From Gekko japonicus (Eukaryota): a stretch of DNA of 64,000 bases. Location: contig NW_015162478.1 in assembly GCF_001447785.1 (NCBI RefSeq), forward strand, positions 897,685 through 961,684, in the 5' to 3' direction. The translations under genes and the position numbers were made by a program. This document shows positions 60,373 through 64,000 of the stretch, piece after piece. Position 1 is the first letter of the stretch; each line of letters opens with the position of its first letter. The notes under the pieces were generated by a model. The model saw only the letters and a program-made list of their open reading frames with translations, was not told where the DNA came from and made no database searches.

Positions 60373-60526
60373 GATCGCCCCTTCACACATGCTAAATAAT
60401 GCCCATTTCAATCCACTTCAGCGACCTTTTGCAAGTGGATTCTGCCATCTCACACAGTAAAATCCGGTTGCAGAGTACACTGAAAGTGGATTGAGAGTGC
60501 GTTATTTAGTGTGTATGAAAGCACCC
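60373..60526. mobile_element. Short palindromic MITE, same family as 46374-46502
   Basis: ttcacacatgctaaataatgc...gcgttatttagtgtgtatgaa. Confidence 0.65.
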
Positions 60527-61574
60527 ATGTTTCCTAGAAATGTGAAGACGTGGAGAATAAATGGGGAAATTTGGGGGGGGGGGTAATTTTTGACACGTTT
60601 TTCAATTTTTCTGATGGAAAAATTGGAGAGAAATTTGCAGGGGGACTAAAACAAAACTCCTATGAAACATTTTCTCTTTTAGCATGAGTAAAATGCTTCT
60701 TAAGGCTAGGCTTTTCACAATTAAGATGTATAGGACAAAAAAGGCTGAGGGCTTTCTCGATTTTTCCCATGGAGAAATTGGGAAATTTGCAAGAGCACTG
60801 AAAAATAAACCCTCATACTGTTGACATATACAACATTATTTTTAAAAAGTGTTTAAATGTAAATACTTTGGCAACAATTCACATGCTATAATGTGTTTAA
60901 TGGGAATACATTATTAAAGAATTCAGTCTTTTCAATGTTACAAAGCGTAGCTTAATATCAAAACATGCTGGCTGTCCTACCTATTGTGAGCAAACGATCC
61001 TTTCCACATTACACTTGTGAAAATGTATTTCATTTAATGCAGTAGCTTTTGTTTGCCAAGATGTAAGTTACCTTATGATTCCCACAGATGTAACAAAAAG
61101 GCACTTAAATTGAGGTTCTATGCAACTTCATCTAATTTGAGTAATCACTTGATTTTTAAATTCCACATTAGGTCTACTGCTCCAAACTTCAACTCCTCGT
61201 TTTCACTGCATAAAGAGGCGAGATAAAAATTATACTGCTTCAGAGGAGTTACTCCTTTTTCGACACCAAGACTTCAGCCGTTGATGGGGAAGCTCAAATA
61301 ACCTTTGCTTATTATAAGCCTGACAGATGTATCTGAGGTTTAGTTTAATTTTTTTTTTCCTATTTGCAGCCAAGCCTCTAGGAAGCTTTACTCATGCTGG
61401 CAGCTGGAGTGTGGGAAACCTGACAGCATGTCTCCATGCCAGGTGCTGGACAGGTGCCCCTTCCTATTCCTCAAGGAGTAGCAAAACTATATTTCTCGAC
61501 CAGAGCTACAGCCTAATCCCAATTAAACACTTGCTTAAGTCATGGAAGAATGTTTGGGTCATAACTTTCCGTCA

Positions 61575-61735
61575 AGATAGTTTCAGGTGGGTAGCCGTGT
61601 CGGTCTGCAGAAGAAGAACAAAATTTGAGCCCTGTAGCAACTTAAACACCAACAAGATTGGCAAGACATAAGCTTTCGACAGTCAAAGCTCATACTCTGG
61701 AAATCTTGTTCACCTTTAAAGCGCTACCTTTGTGA
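61575..61735. mobile_element. Penelope-like inverted-repeat remnant
   Basis: caggtgggtagccgtgtcggtctg...caacaagatt...aatcttgtt. Confidence 0.55.
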
Positions 61736-62640
61736 CTGGAGAGGCCCCAGCATCCCACGGCAGCAATTTTGTGATTTCCTGCTAACTTCTTCATGATTGT
61801 GCCCATTACCCATCCTTAACATTTCAAAAGTGCCCAGAAGGTCAACTAGACTGGGGACCCCTACTATATACACACACAGGTTTTCACAACATATCTTATT
61901 ACTCCCATGTAAGCAAACAGACTCTCTCTGTGTGCAAGAGAATAGACTGACACAAACCTGACACACACAGAAACTCAGCCAGGACTGCCTATCGACTTCC
62001 CTAGACATTCATTAACAGAATTTAAAGGCCACATTACTTCAGCAGAAGAGTTTAAAAGGCAAGAAGCTATTCGAGGTCTCAATCGGGACATGGAATAGAC
62101 AGATCGTCAAGATCCCTGCTTACAAATCCACATACAGTGTTCATTTTACTAGCTATACAGGTGCATCAGTGGATGGGAACAGCCCACACTCACTGTTTGT
62201 TTACTCTTTTGACCAGATCAGGTTTTCCTCTGCACTCTGCAACACACCTGTTTCTTTGAACGCAGGGCTGTCTAGCCTCTTTATAAAGGTCTCACCCTCC
62301 CTCCCCACTTCTGTTTGTTACCGTGTACATATATAATTGTCTTGCAGCACCCTCAAGACTAACAAATGTATTGTGACACAAAATTCCAGGAGTCAGGCTT
62401 CAGGTATATAAAGTATTACATCCAGTTGGCCTGGCCAAGAGACACAAACAGGGTGGAACACAGACCTAGTTTCCCAGGACAAAGTGCATTGCATTACAAT
62501 ACAGAACAGAGATGACACAAAGATCCAATTAAGGGTGAAGAAAAATGTATTCAGAGAGGGTGTGGACCACTCACTCCCAATGGGGTTTCAAATCCGGACT
62601 CTACCGTGGAAGCTTGCTGGGTGACCTTGGGCCAGTCACA

Positions 62641-62795
62641 ACCCTGTTTAGTACTTAGATGGGAGACCACCCAGGAAGTTGAGAATCGCTACACAAAGGC
62701 AGGCAATGGCAAACAACCTCTGAACGTCTCTTGCCTTGAAGACCCTAGAGCTACAGGGTTGCCATTAAGCCAGTTGCCACTTGACAACACACTCC
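62641..62795 (+). mobile_element. 5S rRNA-headed SINE (partial) joined to a MIR-like fragment
   Basis: ttagtacttagatgggagaccacc...ggcaatggcaaac. Confidence 0.75.
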
Positions 62796-62820
62796 AGCAG
62801 ATTTTTCCCTTCCATGTTTT

Positions 62821-63161
62821 CAGGGCTTTTTTTGTAGAAAAAGCCCAGCAGGAACTCATTAGCATAATATGCCACACCCAGCAGCAGAAATTTATTAGCA
62901 TATTAGGCCACACCCCTACACCTTCCCTTGGCTTGCCCGAGCACCCCATGGCTACAGGGAGCCCGAGCAAGCTGGCCCTTGGACAGGCCAGGGAAGGCCT
63001 TCCAGGGGGCCCCCTTGCCCGTCCGCCTCAGAGCCATAGGGGTCACTCTCCAGGCCTTCCCTCTGTAGCTACACACAGAGGTTTTGGCTGTAGTGGGCGT
63101 GGCCAACTCTGAAGCCAGCCGGAACTCCGTTCCTGTGCGTTCCTGCCCAAAAATAGCCCTG
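62821..63161. mobile_element. hAT MITE (CAGGGCT termini)
   Basis: TIR cagggctttttt/aaaatagccctg; TSD catgtttt at 62813-62820 and 63162-63169. Confidence 0.92.
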
Positions 63162-63367
63162 CATGTTTTCTTTCCATATGTAGAGAGGTTTCGCTGAGGG
63201 GGAACAATGAACCATGCAAATACCATCCACCCCATCTCTTGAAGCCTGTAGTAGTACTGGTCAGGAAACATGTTCTCATTTGATTATGTGAAATGTATAA
63301 AAGTGGGCCCAAGAAAGCATTATTCCAGACTCTCAAAGCGCTATTTGCATCTCTGACTGGATTTTTA

Positions 63368-64000
63368 AAATTATTATTATTAAATTTTTATCCCGCCCTC
63401 CTGGCCAAGGCCGGCTCAGGGCAGCTTACAACAATAAAGTTCACATAAAACAATCATAATAAAAATCACATACATTAATAAATGCAACATTAAAAATTCA
63501 AACCAAATAAAGTGCTAGCAACAATCCTCTTTATCTCAATTAACTCGGGCTGTGTTTGAGGGACCTACGGGCCAGGGCTCCGCCAGGGAAGATATTAATT
63601 GTTGGCGGTGGAGGTGTTAGTGGTGGCAGCTCCAAAAACCTGGCAGAAGAGCTCCGTTTTACAGGCCCTGCGGAACTGTGAAAGGTCCCGCAGGGCCCTA
63701 ATCTCTTCCGGGAGCTCATTCCACTAGAGTGGAGCCACCACCGAAAAAGCCCTGGCCCTAGTTGCCACTAGTCTGGCCTCCTTAAAGCTTAGGGGGGGCA
63801 GCCGGTTCTGGGTCCCCGATCGCAGTGTCCTTTGGGGAACATATGAGGAAAGGCGGTCCCTTAGGTATGCAGGACCCTGGCCATAAAGGGCTTTAAAGGT
63901 CAAAACCAGCACCTTGAAGCGGACCCGGTATGCCATAGGCAGCCAAGTGCAACGTCTTTAGCACAGGTTGGATGTGGTCCCGAATCGGGATTCCCATCAA
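63368..64000 (-). mobile_element. L2 LINE 3' end (continues beyond the window)
   Basis: YRVRFKVLVLTFKALYGQGPAYLRDRL..RTLRS..RARAFSVVAP; 3' end gggcgggataaaaat plus (AAT)n. Confidence 0.92.

Overview
Repeat-dense vertebrate genomic DNA from a squamate reptile, probably a gecko (inferred from co-occurring Sauria SINEs, BovB/RTE, Squam3-like and 5S-headed SINEs). The window has four N gaps and looks intronic or 5'-regulatory. No multi-exon CDS is visible, and nearly all ORF-track entries are spurious or transposon-derived. The largest object is a ~4.2 kb minus-strand DIRS1-type tyrosine-recombinase retrotransposon (52273-56470). It keeps its inverted termini, gag-like ORF1, adenine-methyltransferase-like domain and recombinase, but has lost its RT core and most of the ICR. 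Also present are BovB, CR1, L2 and RTE-X-like 3' fragments, a decayed Gypsy integrase, Penelope-like palindromes with hammerhead remnants, several hAT MITE families with 8-bp TSDs and a CpG-rich Harbinger-like MITE. Two candidate minus-strand alternative first coding exons (23465-23322 and 15499-15491) share the donor TTG|GTGAGC and may belong to one host gene; ARHGEF9 is a tentative guess only. I cannot support a claim of a wholly new biological system. The best leads are the RT-less DIRS derivative, two Sauria SINE insertions at the same site in two different CR1 copies, and the alternative first exons. Boundaries of old repeats are approximate.
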